From IMG/VR virus record IMGVR_UViG_3300045988_169069: a stretch of DNA of 53,660 bases; one strand, given 5' to 3'. The notes beneath the pieces were generated by a model. The model did no database searches, was not told the DNA's origin, and was given only the letters and a program-made list of their open reading frames with translations. This DNA comes from a virus. Shown one piece after another: positions 20,162 through 29,941 of the stretch (positions are counted from its first letter, which is position 1; each line of letters begins with the position of its first letter). The translations under genes and the position numbers were made by a program.

Positions 20162-23100
20162 ATGGCTTCTCCTAATAACAATTTAAGCGTTCTTCCGTGG
20201 TATACTAGCTTAGATAAGCAGAATGCTAAAAAGTGGTATGCATTTGGAAATGTATGGCCTTTGGTAATGCCTACAAACAGAATTATTCCATATCAGTTTG
20301 TTGTTCCATTTACCAATGTGGCAATTACTGGGTCTTCAATCATAAGTCTAGACACAAAAGATATATACGACGGACAATCTAGTCACACGCTTGTAACAAG
20401 AGTTGATTATACAGTTGTTAAAAGTAATGGATTCACAGTATCACTTCCTGAAGGTAGATACTATGCAAAGATAGATTTTGCAAATGGTGTTACTTATTAT
20501 TCAGAAGTATTTACATTGGTAAGTAATATTTCTGATTATGTAAAGATACAATATTGGAATGACGATATTTTAGTATATAATGGTGGAGAGATAAATTACG
20601 AAGATGAATTTAAATTCGAAATGTATCTTTGCACAACCATAGGCAAACCAGAGTATTCGTTCGAAGAAGAAGTTACTAAAAGACTTGGGTATAAATTTCC
20701 TGAATTGCAAGTATCAAATAAGCTTTACAAGTTTACGTGCATAGGACCTGAATATCTATGTGATGCAATGAGGCTTATTCGTCTTAGCGACTACATTAAA
20801 ATTGTGTCAAAAGATGATTCATACAATGCATTAACATTCTCGTATGATGCTAAATGGGAAACTCAAGGCGATTTAGCATCTATAGAAGTAGAATTTGAAA
20901 CTGACACGATAATACAAAAACTTTCAAGCTTTAACAGAGGGCAAAGAGAGGGTTTTTATAATGCGCTACTGGTTGATATCAATGAGGCATTACTCTTTGA
21001 TGAAAACACAGTAGCGCTATACTATGATGAGTATAGGTCATCAACAAGAGCTGTAGACGTAGAAGGTAAGCTTATCAGAGAATTGGAGTTGATTACAGAA
21101 GTTGGAGAAAATTCTCAGATAGTTGTAGATACAGGTCAAGGCCCGGCTGTAAGAATGAATCTTTATGAACTTATTAAAAATTTCATAAAGAGAGACAGCA
21201 ACGAAATAATAGAAGGTTTATGGACTTTTAAGAAAGGGCTAAAGACTGGTAACGATAAAGATGGTGAACCGACTGGCGAGATAACAGAAAATGGATATCT
21301 TAAATATATAGCTTTAATAGTAAAAGAATTCATATCTAGCGAAAAATTTGTATCCGGTTTATTAGGAGAAGGCTTTAAAATATATGAGAAAAACGGTACA
21401 TGGTATATAGAATGCGATAACTTGACTGTACGCCAGGTATTGACAGTTTTTGAAATGATTATATCAAAATTAAGAGCTGTCAACGGAGGCCTCGTAGTAT
21501 CTCCAGGTAATAATACAATCAAGTCTGTAAGTGAAACAGATACGCAGTATGTTTTAGAAGTTGAAGACGATATAGAAATAGCTAAAGATGATTTCATAAG
21601 GCATCAAGTTTTTTCAACATCGCACACTAAAAATTATTGGGTCAAAGTAATAAATGTTGCTGAAGGAAAGATATATACAAACAAATCAGAATATAATGGT
21701 ACTGTACCTGCAAAAGGTGATGAAATTATCACTATGGGTAATGCTACCAATTCTAAACGTCAAGGCCTTATCTATATAACTGCAGCTGAAGATGGTCGTC
21801 CAAGAATAGAAATATTAGAAGGTGTAAAAGATAAAACATTAGCAGCAACAAATAGAACTGTATTAGGCAATCTTGATGACATACAAGATTCAGCATTTGA
21901 AGAAGGCTATCAGCCAAGTGGAAGTGGTCTTTATTGTGATAATGCATTTCTAAGAGGTATATTTATCTTAAGAAGTGGTAAGAATGTAGAGACAGAAATA
22001 GATGCAGCACAGAAAGCAGCACAAGAAGCAGCTAGCAAAGCAGCTAATGCTGAAAAAACTGCCAATGACGCAAAAGACAGATTGAATAAATGGGCTGATG
22101 ATGGATTTATATCCCCTGCAGAAAAATTATCTCTTATACAAGAAGGCCAAGACTTAAAAGCAGAAAAGTTAGAAATTGTCAATGACGCAACTAAGTATAC
22201 AATTGATACAACTTCTTATATTGCGGCTTACAATGATTATCTGGCACAGCTACAGTACTATACACAAGCTGAGCCAGAAAACATTAAAGTGCTTCCAGCT
22301 TTTGAGCAAGCACAGACGAAATACTATACACAGAGAACAGCTATACTCAATGCCATATCTGCAAAAGCCAAAGCGTTAGTAGATGCTGCAAATGCAACTG
22401 CTGACGCTGCAAAAAAAGCAGCTGATGCTGCTAAGACAGCTGCCGATGCTGCTAAGACAGCTGCCGATGCTGCAAAAATAAATGCTGATAAGGCAAATAG
22501 TTTATTGGCTGATATTGCGAATGACAATAAGCTTACAGCTCAAGAAAAACAGCAAACGAAGAAAGAATGGGATGTAATTGTATCTGAGAAGCCAAAGAAT
22601 GATGCATCTGCAGACAAATACGGTGTGTCTAAAACAAGTTATGGTAACGCATACAATACATTGAGCAGTTATATTACGCCTCTATTATCATCACTAAATA
22701 CAACCAGTGATATAACAGGTACTGATTTTCGTGCTAAGTTTAAGGCATACTATGATGCTCGCACTGATTTGCTCAATGCCATATCTGCAAAAGCCAAAGC
22801 GTTAGTAGATGCTGCTGATAAAAAAATAGAAAGTGTAAAAACTGAGCTGTCTGCTGTTGATGGCAAAATAACTTTAGCGGTTAAAACAGCTAAAGAAGAA
22901 GCTATATCTGCATCTAAAACGTACACAAACTCTGAGATAAAAGTCGTAAAAGACCAAATTGCATTGAAGGTTGATAGCACAACTTTTGATGCTTTGAATA
23001 AAAAAGTAACTGAGCAGGGGTCACAGATAACGCTCAATAAAAATAATATTGAGCAGAAAGTCAACAAGTCAGATTTCAATGCACTTGGGACAAGGGTGTC

Positions 23101-24883
23101 TAATGCGGAAACAAAAATCACCCAAAATGCCAATGAAATTCAACAGAGAGCGACTAAGTCCACTGTTGACGCTTTGACAGGACGTGTAACTACTGCTGAA
23201 TCTAAAATTACGCAGAATGCCAATAGCATATCATTAAAGATTACAGCTTCCGAAGCCACAAATATCGCGTATAATGCTGTAAACAATTTACAGATTGGCG
23301 GAACAAATTTGTTGGTTAACACAGACTTTTTGCACAATAGGGATTATTGGACTGGCGGTGATGTGGATTCAAGTGTAACCTTGCAAGGAAGAAATTCTTT
23401 AAGAATGATAACATCAGGCCTTACGAGTGATTCATGTCGAGGTGGAGAACAGATTAACACGCCTTATTTAAGTGCAAAACAAGGAGATACGTTTACCATA
23501 AGCTTATTCTCTCGTACAGACAATATCAGCTCATTCGACAGAGGGGCTAATATGGAAATACGCTATTTTAACTCATCCGGCAGCAGAATAACGCAGTCTG
23601 GTTTTAATATAAAACCTAGCACAAATAACACTTGGACCAGATCTGTAGGTACAGGCACGTGTCCTGCTGGTACTGTGAAAGTCAGTGCAGTATGGTATAA
23701 CACGAGAAATGGCAGAATATGGGTAAACGGCATAAAACTTGAAGTTGGTAAAAAAGCTACTGATTGGACAAGAAGCCCGCATGATTCTCCAACCACTCAA
23801 GATGTAAAATCATCATTTACGATTGATACTGGCGGTATATCTATGCTCGGAAAGAAATTATCCTTGACTGGTATGGTTACTTTCAATTCTCTTGCCAGTG
23901 ATGCACAGGGGAAGATTAATACGGCACAGAGTACTGCAAACACAGCTAAATCAACCGCTGATACAGCTAAGACTACTGCAGATGGAGCTAATTCAAAAGC
24001 AACGACTGCACAGAATACGGCAAACACCGCTAAATCAACAGCCGATAGCGCCAATTCAAAAGCAACAACAGCACAGAATACGGCTAATACGGCAAAGTCT
24101 ACAGCTGATGCCGCAAAGACAGCAGCGGCAAATGCACAAAGTAGAGCAGATGCTGCTTATAATAAAAAGATAGAACTGGCGCAACTTGGAACGACTGTAA
24201 TATCTGGTGGCTTTATTAAAACAAGCCTTATAAAAGCAGATGAAATAATAGTAAGTAAACTAAGTGGTGCGACTGGTACATTCAAACAGTTGCAAGCTGT
24301 CGGTAGTGATGGAAGCGTAAAAGGAACACTCAGACTTGATGGAGATAGATTATGGTATGATGGTGACCAATATCAGCAAGGCGCAAAAGATGGCCGTTCA
24401 TTGCGTTACTATCTGTCTGATGCATGGGTTCGTGGTAATTTTGGAGCACGTACCAGAACCACGCTTCTTGTCCAGGGAAGCAGCGGCTATTTTTATCCGA
24501 AAGGTGCGAATAAAGCAGGTGTCTATAAAAGCTTTGAAAGAGGTACAGCGAGCAATGGTAGGACATACTATAAACTTCCATGTTATGGTTTAGATGGAGA
24601 TTATTCTGGTATGCCTGTAGATTTAATTGTATTTAACGTAACATCATCAAATCAACACTTTTATGAATTGCAACTTGCAGTAACACAAAAAGTGAACATG
24701 ATAAACTGTAATAACAATTATACAAATGTGCTCATATATTGCAATGGAAATTATCCTGGATTGCCAGGCGGTTCTGTGCATTATGCATGGAATGTTCTGC
24801 CATTCATGAATCCACAACCGACTGCAAATGTTCTAGGTAGAGGCTTATTGTTTGGAGGTTCTAATGATAATGATTGGAAATAA
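20162..24883 (+). CDS. Tail fibre / receptor-binding protein with coiled-coil repeats and a CBM-like (galactose-binding-like) domain
   Basis: 1573 aa with Ala/Thr/Lys-rich repeat tracts (AADAAKTAADAAKTAADAAK; NSKATTAQNTANTAKSTAD x2) and serial coiled segments (ITQNANEIQQRATKSTVDALTGRVTTAESKITQNANSISLK). It also has a GGTNLLVNTDF...WTGG...SLRM jelly-roll-like segment. Confidence 0.8.
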   Translation: MASPNNNLSVLPWYTSLDKQNAKKWYAFGNVWPLVMPTNRIIPYQFVVPFTNVAITGSSIISLDTKDIYDGQSSHTLVTRVDYTVVKSNGFTVSLPEGRYYAKIDFANGVTYYSEVFTLVSNISDYVKIQYWNDDILVYNGGEINYEDEFKFEMYLCTTIGKPEYSFEEEVTKRLGYKFPELQVSNKLYKFTCIGPEYLCDAMRLIRLSDYIKIVSKDDSYNALTFSYDAKWETQGDLASIEVEFETDTIIQKLSSFNRGQREGFYNALLVDINEALLFDENTVALYYDEYRSSTRAVDVEGKLIRELELITEVGENSQIVVDTGQGPAVRMNLYELIKNFIKRDSNEIIEGLWTFKKGLKTGNDKDGEPTGEITENGYLKYIALIVKEFISSEKFVSGLLGEGFKIYEKNGTWYIECDNLTVRQVLTVFEMIISKLRAVNGGLVVSPGNNTIKSVSETDTQYVLEVEDDIEIAKDDFIRHQVFSTSHTKNYWVKVINVAEGKIYTNKSEYNGTVPAKGDEIITMGNATNSKRQGLIYITAAEDGRPRIEILEGVKDKTLAATNRTVLGNLDDIQDSAFEEGYQPSGSGLYCDNAFLRGIFILRSGKNVETEIDAAQKAAQEAASKAANAEKTANDAKDRLNKWADDGFISPAEKLSLIQEGQDLKAEKLEIVNDATKYTIDTTSYIAAYNDYLAQLQYYTQAEPENIKVLPAFEQAQTKYYTQRTAILNAISAKAKALVDAANATADAAKKAADAAKTAADAAKTAADAAKINADKANSLLADIANDNKLTAQEKQQTKKEWDVIVSEKPKNDASADKYGVSKTSYGNAYNTLSSYITPLLSSLNTTSDITGTDFRAKFKAYYDARTDLLNAISAKAKALVDAADKKIESVKTELSAVDGKITLAVKTAKEEAISASKTYTNSEIKVVKDQIALKVDSTTFDALNKKVTEQGSQITLNKNNIEQKVNKSDFNALGTRVSNAETKITQNANEIQQRATKSTVDALTGRVTTAESKITQNANSISLKITASEATNIAYNAVNNLQIGGTNLLVNTDFLHNRDYWTGGDVDSSVTLQGRNSLRMITSGLTSDSCRGGEQINTPYLSAKQGDTFTISLFSRTDNISSFDRGANMEIRYFNSSGSRITQSGFNIKPSTNNTWTRSVGTGTCPAGTVKVSAVWYNTRNGRIWVNGIKLEVGKKATDWTRSPHDSPTTQDVKSSFTIDTGGISMLGKKLSLTGMVTFNSLASDAQGKINTAQSTANTAKSTADTAKTTADGANSKATTAQNTANTAKSTADSANSKATTAQNTANTAKSTADAAKTAAANAQSRADAAYNKKIELAQLGTTVISGGFIKTSLIKADEIIVSKLSGATGTFKQLQAVGSDGSVKGTLRLDGDRLWYDGDQYQQGAKDGRSLRYYLSDAWVRGNFGARTRTTLLVQGSSGYFYPKGANKAGVYKSFERGTASNGRTYYKLPCYGLDGDYSGMPVDLIVFNVTSSNQHFYELQLAVTQKVNMINCNNNYTNVLIYCNGNYPGLPGGSVHYAWNVLPFMNPQPTANVLGRGLLFGGSNDNDWK
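22346..22389 (+). repeat. 44-bp exact intragenic repeat, copy 1 (partner 22772-22815)
   Basis: CTCAATGCCATATCTGCAAAAGCCAAAGCGTTAGTAGATGCTGC is present identically at both sites and encodes LNAISAKAKALVDAA. Confidence 0.85.
22424..22465 (+). repeat. 21-bp tandem repeat x2 (GATGCTGCTAAGACAGCTGCC) inside the fibre gene
   Basis: Read directly. Encodes DAAKTAA heptads. Confidence 0.8.
22772..22815 (+). repeat. 44-bp exact intragenic repeat, copy 2
   Basis: Identical to 22346-22389. Confidence 0.85.
23990..24115 (+). repeat. 63-bp imperfect tandem repeat x2 in the fibre gene (NSKATTAQNTANTAKSTADxA)
   Basis: AATTCAAAAGCAAC(G/A)AC(T/A)GCACAGAATACGGC... repeated with period 63. Confidence 0.75.
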
Positions 24884-24889
24884 AGTATT

Positions 24890-25207
24890 ATGAAAGAAGA
24901 AATAAAAGAAATAAAGAAAGATGCTAGTATGCAAGAATATACAATGAATATTAGTACTGATAATGCGGATTATTCTGTGGTATACGTTGTAAAAAATGAT
25001 TTGTTAGTGCAAGTCATAGCCAAGGTAAAAATAGCCGGTACTGATTTAGGAGAGCTGTCATACGAAAACGGTTATGTCAATGCTATGAATTTTTCTATCA
25101 ATGACTTGACACAGCAATTGTACCTGAATGATTTTACAAAAATTGTATTCAGCATACGAGACAAAAATAATCTTACAATAATGAGACAAATAGCTAAAAA
25201 TGTATAA
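24890..25207 (+). CDS. Hypothetical protein
   Basis: 105-aa ORF 6 nt after the fibre stop. Confidence 0.55.
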   Translation: MKEEIKEIKKDASMQEYTMNISTDNADYSVVYVVKNDLLVQVIAKVKIAGTDLGELSYENGYVNAMNFSINDLTQQLYLNDFTKIVFSIRDKNNLTIMRQIAKNV

Positions 25208-25227
25208 CAACTTTAAAAATTAAAATT

Positions 25228-25530
25228 ATGGAAGTAAAATCTGTTACAACAATCGTAAGCGCTGAGAAAACAACAGCCAATGCTCGTTATGATGTATCTT
25301 ACTCAATTATCAAAGATGCATCGTCTGAAAATGCACAACTTCAGTCTGTCTCTGCTGATGTCTATGAGTTGCAGACACTTGAAGACCAAGTAAAACAAGA
25401 GAATTTTATAGGAAAGCTTGAAATGCAGTATGGCATAATGGTACCAACCCAGTTTCCTTTCTCTAATAAATACCCTCTATATGTATCAGAGTTTGTTGAT
25501 ATTATCAATGAAGTCACAAGCAAGAGTTAA
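25228..25530 (+). CDS. Hypothetical protein
   Basis: 100-aa ORF on the same strand and tightly spaced. Confidence 0.55.
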   Translation: MEVKSVTTIVSAEKTTANARYDVSYSIIKDASSENAQLQSVSADVYELQTLEDQVKQENFIGKLEMQYGIMVPTQFPFSNKYPLYVSEFVDIINEVTSKS

Positions 25531-25588
25531 ATTTTATTAAATATTAGCTCAAGGTGAACTATTTATCAAATAAAAGCATTATATTTAT

Positions 25589-25714
25589 ATGGAAAAAATA
25601 ATTAAAACCTTGAAGCCTAATAAAGCAGACAGGGATATAAATATCAAAAAGCCTAAAATAGAAGAGCGCAAGCTCAATAAAGAAAGGCATACAAGAAAAG
25701 AATGTAATTGCTAG
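25589..25714 (+). CDS. Possible very basic 41-aa micro-protein (below ORF-track cutoff)
   Basis: Hand translation MEKIIKTLKPNKADRDINIKKPKIEERKLNKERHTRKECNC in the 25531-25755 gap. Could equally be non-coding. Confidence 0.25.
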   Translation: MEKIIKTLKPNKADRDINIKKPKIEERKLNKERHTRKECNC

Positions 25715-25755
25715 CATTACATATAATTAACCTTATTTATTAATATCTAAAAATC

Positions 25756-26229
25756 ATGGCAGAAATGACTATTTCTGATTATGCTTCTATTAAGGAGCTA
25801 GAGAACGAACATCGTGATGGATGGGGCTCTACAACTGCGTTGTGGGTCATTGTAGCAGCGTTGATTCTTTTCGCTATTGTCTATAACTGGACAAGAAACT
25901 GCAACGAAAAAGTTCAGTTTGCTGTTGGTATGGCTCGCATGGAGGGCAGATTAAATTGTATTGAACCCGATGTACGTTGGGCTGGTCAACAGCTTTACGC
26001 AGCTAATGGTGCTATTTCAGCCACTGTTCAAGGTGTCGGTGACATGAAACAGAATTTCGGTAATCAATTATTCCAGTTGAATCGAGAAGTATTCTATGAT
26101 GATGACTGCGGATGTGGTGGCCGCAATGGACGTCGTGGATGTGGATGCGGAAATCGTGAATTTGCGCAAACACAGACATACAACTTGGCAAGTCAAGGCG
26201 TTACAGTAACTGAGCGTTGCCGTAACTAA
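25756..26229 (+). CDS. Single-pass membrane protein with Cys/Gly/Arg-rich C-terminal motif
   Basis: 157 aa with TM segment TALWVIVAALILFAIVY and the motif DDDCGCGGRNGRRGCGCGN. Followed by a strong terminator. Confidence 0.6.
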   Translation: MAEMTISDYASIKELENEHRDGWGSTTALWVIVAALILFAIVYNWTRNCNEKVQFAVGMARMEGRLNCIEPDVRWAGQQLYAANGAISATVQGVGDMKQNFGNQLFQLNREVFYDDDCGCGGRNGRRGCGCGNREFAQTQTYNLASQGVTVTERCRN

Positions 26230-26242
26230 TTGAGATAATATG

Positions 26243-26277
26243 AAGGAGAAGGTGTGTAGTGCGCTTTCTCCTTTTAT
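26243..26277 (+). terminator. Rho-independent terminator
   Basis: AAGGAGAAG ... CTTTCTCCTT stem followed by TTATTTATT. Confidence 0.6.
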
Positions 26278-26304
26278 TTATTAAAACGAATAAAAATTAA
26301 AATT

Positions 26305-26595
26305 ATGATAACATCTAAAATAGAAGCTAAAATATTCGTATTAGAAATTGCATGTGAAACTGGTATGATTGTAGGCCACACGTTAGATTTTAAATCTATG
26401 GACGACATATACAATCATTTGACAAAGGACACCGATTTGCCTGATAAATCAGAATCTGGTGCTGAAACATCGGCTGATATAAAGTTGAGCGTGTACAATA
26501 ATTTAGCACAACTTAGCCTAAACTCAGGCATTGCAGTTACAGTAGAGCATGCAAAAGCTGTAACAGAATGGGTTATTGGGGATGCTGTTTTATAA
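26305..26595 (+). CDS. Hypothetical protein
   Basis: 96-aa ORF. Confidence 0.5.
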   Translation: MITSKIEAKIFVLEIACETGMIVGHTLDFKSMDDIYNHLTKDTDLPDKSESGAETSADIKLSVYNNLAQLSLNSGIAVTVEHAKAVTEWVIGDAVL

Positions 26596-26611
26596 TTAAA
26601 ATTTGATTATC

Positions 26612-27061
26612 ATGGGCTTATTCGATAAAAGTACTAACCTTCCAACTCATATAAGCTTTTCTACTAGGTCTGAGGCATTCACATATATGCTAAACTACTT
26701 AATAAGTGAAAAGAAAATGGAGCCTATGGAAGCTGCAAAACAAGCAAATGAATTTGCAGAAATATTTGCAACTAATATGGGCATACCATTAAAAGTTGTA
26801 CCTGAGCCAAAAGGAGTTGATAAATATTTATCAATGGCTGAAAAGATAGGTACTTATATTGAAGAACACCCAAAAGTAGTTGAATACGGTATACCTGCAC
26901 TTACATTTGTAGCTGGGCTGTTTACTGGTAAAAAGGTAGAACAAGCGGAAGATAATAGCCATCCATATCAAAGTATAATGCAAGGACCACCTCAAAACAG
27001 TAATGCTGAGTGCAAAACAAGTGAAGATAAAAAACCTATTAACTTTGACGAAATAGATTAG
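26612..27061 (+). CDS. Hypothetical protein with one hydrophobic segment
   Basis: ORF-track 26603 start is TTG; the first ATG is at 26612 (MGLFDK). Hydrophobic GIPALTFVAGLFTG. Confidence 0.5.
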   Translation: MGLFDKSTNLPTHISFSTRSEAFTYMLNYLISEKKMEPMEAAKQANEFAEIFATNMGIPLKVVPEPKGVDKYLSMAEKIGTYIEEHPKVVEYGIPALTFVAGLFTGKKVEQAEDNSHPYQSIMQGPPQNSNAECKTSEDKKPINFDEID

Positions 27062-27065
27062 TTAT

Positions 27066-27455
27066 ATGGACAGAATAGAATTTAAGAAGTTCATTCAAAA
27101 ATGCGTGATTGAACAAGGATGCGCATCTAGTATCGTTTTACCAGAATTGGCAAAAGAATTGTTATTGCATATTCCGTGTATCATTTATATATCTGATACA
27201 TCAGAACAGCAAGATTCTGGCACGAAATATAAAGTCACTAATTCTCAAGAAGAAATAGACGAGATTATTGATGATATAAATGGTAGTGAGATGCCAAGTG
27301 TGGTTGTACATGATAAAGGTGTGACACTTCATTTTGACCATATTGAAGCTGAAGATGACGTAGTAGTATGTTATCTTGTTACTTATGATGGCATTTATAC
27401 TTTATCATTGAGCAAAAAGGCTAATAGCTCTAATCTAATTCATAAACAAAACTGA
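27066..27455 (+). CDS. Hypothetical protein
   Basis: 129-aa ORF. Confidence 0.5.
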   Translation: MDRIEFKKFIQKCVIEQGCASSIVLPELAKELLLHIPCIIYISDTSEQQDSGTKYKVTNSQEEIDEIIDDINGSEMPSVVVHDKGVTLHFDHIEAEDDVVVCYLVTYDGIYTLSLSKKANSSNLIHKQN

Positions 27456-27466
27456 TACATATAATA

Positions 27467-27721
27467 ATGGCACTTAGAAAAATATTTTTAGCAGTAGAGT
27501 GCGCAGATGATAATGAGCGAGATATTATGCAGTCATTAGCAAATGAGCTGTCAAATTCTCGTATACTCAATGCAAGAACTCTCATAAACATGAAGCCTAT
27601 GTTCGATAAAAATAGAAATGAATTAATTCAGTTATTCGATATGATATCGCAGAATGGTATTGGTTCTATTTTATCGGTCAAAGGTGGAATGATTATTTCA
27701 AAATTAGCAAAACGTAAATAA
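27467..27721 (+). CDS. Hypothetical protein
   Basis: 84-aa ORF. Confidence 0.5.
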   Translation: MALRKIFLAVECADDNERDIMQSLANELSNSRILNARTLINMKPMFDKNRNELIQLFDMISQNGIGSILSVKGGMIISKLAKRK

Positions 27722-27769
27722 TATGGCTAGAATAGGTAAAGCTTGTCCTGGAGACTGTAGAAGTGTGAA

Positions 27770-27991
27770 ATGCTACTTGATGGTGAAGTTGATATGATTC
27801 CATGTATACTCGACCAAATTTTCCAAGGACAGAAAAGGCAAGAAGCATTCAACAAAGAGTTGTCCGAAAGAATCGGTATGCTTGAAATGCAAAGCGTTCC
27901 AGCTTTAGCTGGTATAGATGATAACATGCAAAATGTTGATGCTACTCTTTTAGATGAAATAACTGAAGATTATAAACCAACTAAAAAGTAA
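27770..27991 (+). CDS. Hypothetical protein
   Basis: 73-aa ORF with an ATG start. Confidence 0.45.
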   Translation: MLLDGEVDMIPCILDQIFQGQKRQEAFNKELSERIGMLEMQSVPALAGIDDNMQNVDATLLDEITEDYKPTKK

Positions 27992-27995
27992 TGTT

Positions 27996-28475
27996 ATGAG
28001 CGGAATCAAAAGACGTGCATGCGAAGCTGATAGAAAACATCAAGCAACGCATAAAGAAAAAGCTGGTCATTCATACTATTCTGAATCTGCAAAAGATTCT
28101 GGATATGCGAAGTATGTTGAAAAGCACGGACTACATTTTACTAATGAATTGGCAGAAATGGCAATCTGTAAAATGGAAAATATATCTGATGATGGCCATG
28201 GAAAGTGGAGTATCAAACAGGTAGAAGCAGTAGTTAAAACTCACAATCCAGCAATGCACTTTATGCACTGCGTCACAATGGGAGATTTAGCTTACTTGGC
28301 TAATATGTATTATGCAGATTTATATCCTGAATCAATCCAAACTGAAAACGGATGTATTAAAGCTGCTATTTTAATTGCTAATGACCCGGATGGCTACGAA
28401 GGTCAAGCTTTTTGTCGTTGGGTAGCTGATATTATGGCAAAAGGCAAAAGTATTGATTGGGAAAAATATTGCTAA
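27996..28475 (+). CDS. Hypothetical protein
   Basis: 159-aa ORF; no motif recognised. Confidence 0.5.
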   Translation: MSGIKRRACEADRKHQATHKEKAGHSYYSESAKDSGYAKYVEKHGLHFTNELAEMAICKMENISDDGHGKWSIKQVEAVVKTHNPAMHFMHCVTMGDLAYLANMYYADLYPESIQTENGCIKAAILIANDPDGYEGQAFCRWVADIMAKGKSIDWEKYC

Positions 28476-28478
28476 AAT

Positions 28479-28943
28479 ATGCTCGAACTGATTGAACAAC
28501 GTAATATAGACGGGCTGTTATTTTTTATAGCAGTCCGTATATGTATTATATTGATTTGCTGGTTATTCATGATTATGGCAAATCTTATTGACTTCTGGAG
28601 TGGAACATCTACTGCAAAAGCTATAGGAGAATCTTTACAGTCTCATGGTTTTAGACGTACAGTGACTAAAATTGGTGACTATGTACGTTTAATGCTATTT
28701 GCATTGATGTTCGACATGTTAGGAAGCTTTTTACCTTTTTATTTTTTGCCATTTGGCACTGTTTTATGTACGATTGCTGTAATATGGATTGAAGGCAGGT
28801 CTGTTGTTGAAAACAGTAGAAAGAAAAAAGCACACGCAGCTGATGTTCCAGAAATAGTGAAACAAATAGTGCAATGCGCTACCACAGAAAAAGGTGTTGA
28901 GATATTAACCAAGTTACAAACAGAATTAACAAAACAAAAATGA
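28479..28943 (+). CDS. Putative holin (multi-TM, Phage_holin_4-like)
   Basis: 154 aa with 3-4 TM segments (LLFFIAVRICIILICWLFMIMANL, LMLFALMFDMLGSFLPFYFLPFGTVLCTIAVIWI) and a charged C-terminal tail. Lies upstream of a cell-wall enzyme candidate. Confidence 0.6.
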   Translation: MLELIEQRNIDGLLFFIAVRICIILICWLFMIMANLIDFWSGTSTAKAIGESLQSHGFRRTVTKIGDYVRLMLFALMFDMLGSFLPFYFLPFGTVLCTIAVIWIEGRSVVENSRKKKAHAADVPEIVKQIVQCATTEKGVEILTKLQTELTKQK

Positions 28944-29458
28944 CTATGAAACTTAATGGAATCAAATTGAACTTTGTACGTAACGAATATGAGTATAATA
29001 AGTATGTATCCGAAGATTACAAAAAAAAACACGATTACAAGGCTAGCAAAAGTAGTTTGCCATGGCTTATTATCTCTTTTGATAAAGGGAATTCGCCTGA
29101 AAACGTTATCAATAAATGTAAGCTTACATTTGAGCCTGAAGCATCATTTGATGGCATAAATGAAAATGAAGCATGGCAAGCCAATGGTCATACACTTAAT
29201 ATTGACCTCGATAAGATTGAAAAAACATTAACGCTTGAAGTCAAAAAAGACTGTGGCTACCAGCAATTGCCATTTTCACTCAAAGCTTCTGTTTCTGATA
29301 ACAATGGTGTGTTGTATGAAGACGCATTCAGCATTATCAACGTTACAGACAAAGCAGAATTATTGAAGCTTGTAGATGAGAAACTTATTATTGGCGGTGG
29401 CTGCGATTCTGACTTAGCAAAATTATTATACGAACTTATTGCACAAGGAGGTAATTAA
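28940..29458 (+). CDS. Hypothetical protein within the lysis cassette
   Basis: 172-aa ORF overlapping both neighbours by 1-4 nt. Confidence 0.5.
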   Translation: MTMKLNGIKLNFVRNEYEYNKYVSEDYKKKHDYKASKSSLPWLIISFDKGNSPENVINKCKLTFEPEASFDGINENEAWQANGHTLNIDLDKIEKTLTLEVKKDCGYQQLPFSLKASVSDNNGVLYEDAFSIINVTDKAELLKLVDEKLIIGGGCDSDLAKLLYELIAQGGN

Positions 29459-29886
29459 TGAATTTAACGTTGTTTAGAAAGTGGCCAAGAAAAAATTATT
29501 GTATTGGCCTGTTATTTGTGAATGGTGAAAGATTCTGTGAGACACTCGAAGACAAAATTGTTGATACTAACAAAAATGGTGTGTTTGACAAATCAGAAAA
29601 GAAAGTAGCTGGCGAATCTGCAATTCCGTATGGCAAATATGAAGTCATCTACAATTGGTCGCCTAGATTTGGCAGAAATTTACCTAGATTATTAAACGTG
29701 CCACACTTTGAAGGTATACTTATACATCCAGGTAATGATGCAACTGATTCGTCTGGGTGTATACTCGTAGGCAGAAATACTGAAGTAGGAAAACTCACGC
29801 AATCAAGAGTTACATCTGATAAGCTCAATAAGCTTATTGAAGACGCTCAAAGAAAGGGTGAGAAAATCACTATAGAAATAGTATAA
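29458..29886 (+). CDS. Candidate endolysin: YkuD/L,D-transpeptidase-like (DUF5675-like) peptidoglycan enzyme
   Basis: EGILIHPGNDATDSSGCILVGRN resembles the YkuD catalytic H...(S/T)xGC(I/V) signature. Lies between a holin-like and a spanin-like gene. Confidence 0.5.
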   Translation: MNLTLFRKWPRKNYCIGLLFVNGERFCETLEDKIVDTNKNGVFDKSEKKVAGESAIPYGKYEVIYNWSPRFGRNLPRLLNVPHFEGILIHPGNDATDSSGCILVGRNTEVGKLTQSRVTSDKLNKLIEDAQRKGEKITIEIV

Positions 29887-29897
29887 TTTATTTATAA

Positions 29898-29941
29898 AGT
29901 TCAGTCTGGATATACTTTCTTTTGTCCAGGTTGAACTTTTA
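29898..29941 (+). terminator. Terminator-like hairpin after the lysis enzyme gene
   Basis: AAGTTCAGTCTGGA ... TCCAGGTTGAACTT imperfect stem followed by TTTT. Confidence 0.5.

Noticed and set aside
22324-22527. Minus-strand Ala-rich ORFs inside the tail-fibre gene (also 21163-21597, 21931-22182, 22750-23133, 23140-23337, 23563-23800, 23797-24054) and plus-strand out-of-frame ORFs (22176-22379, 23892-24173, 24336-24593)
   Set aside because: They are antisense or off-frame readings of GCT/GCA-rich repeat tracts within a long uninterrupted 1573-aa ORF, and there is no evidence for separate genes.
28015-28224. Nested same-strand ORFs in alternative frames (28015-28224, 28974-29159, 11090-11311, 36882-37106, 40121-40330, 41599-41781, 45525-45716)
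   Set aside because: Each lies entirely inside a longer ORF with better-supported function or context, and none has its own expression signals.
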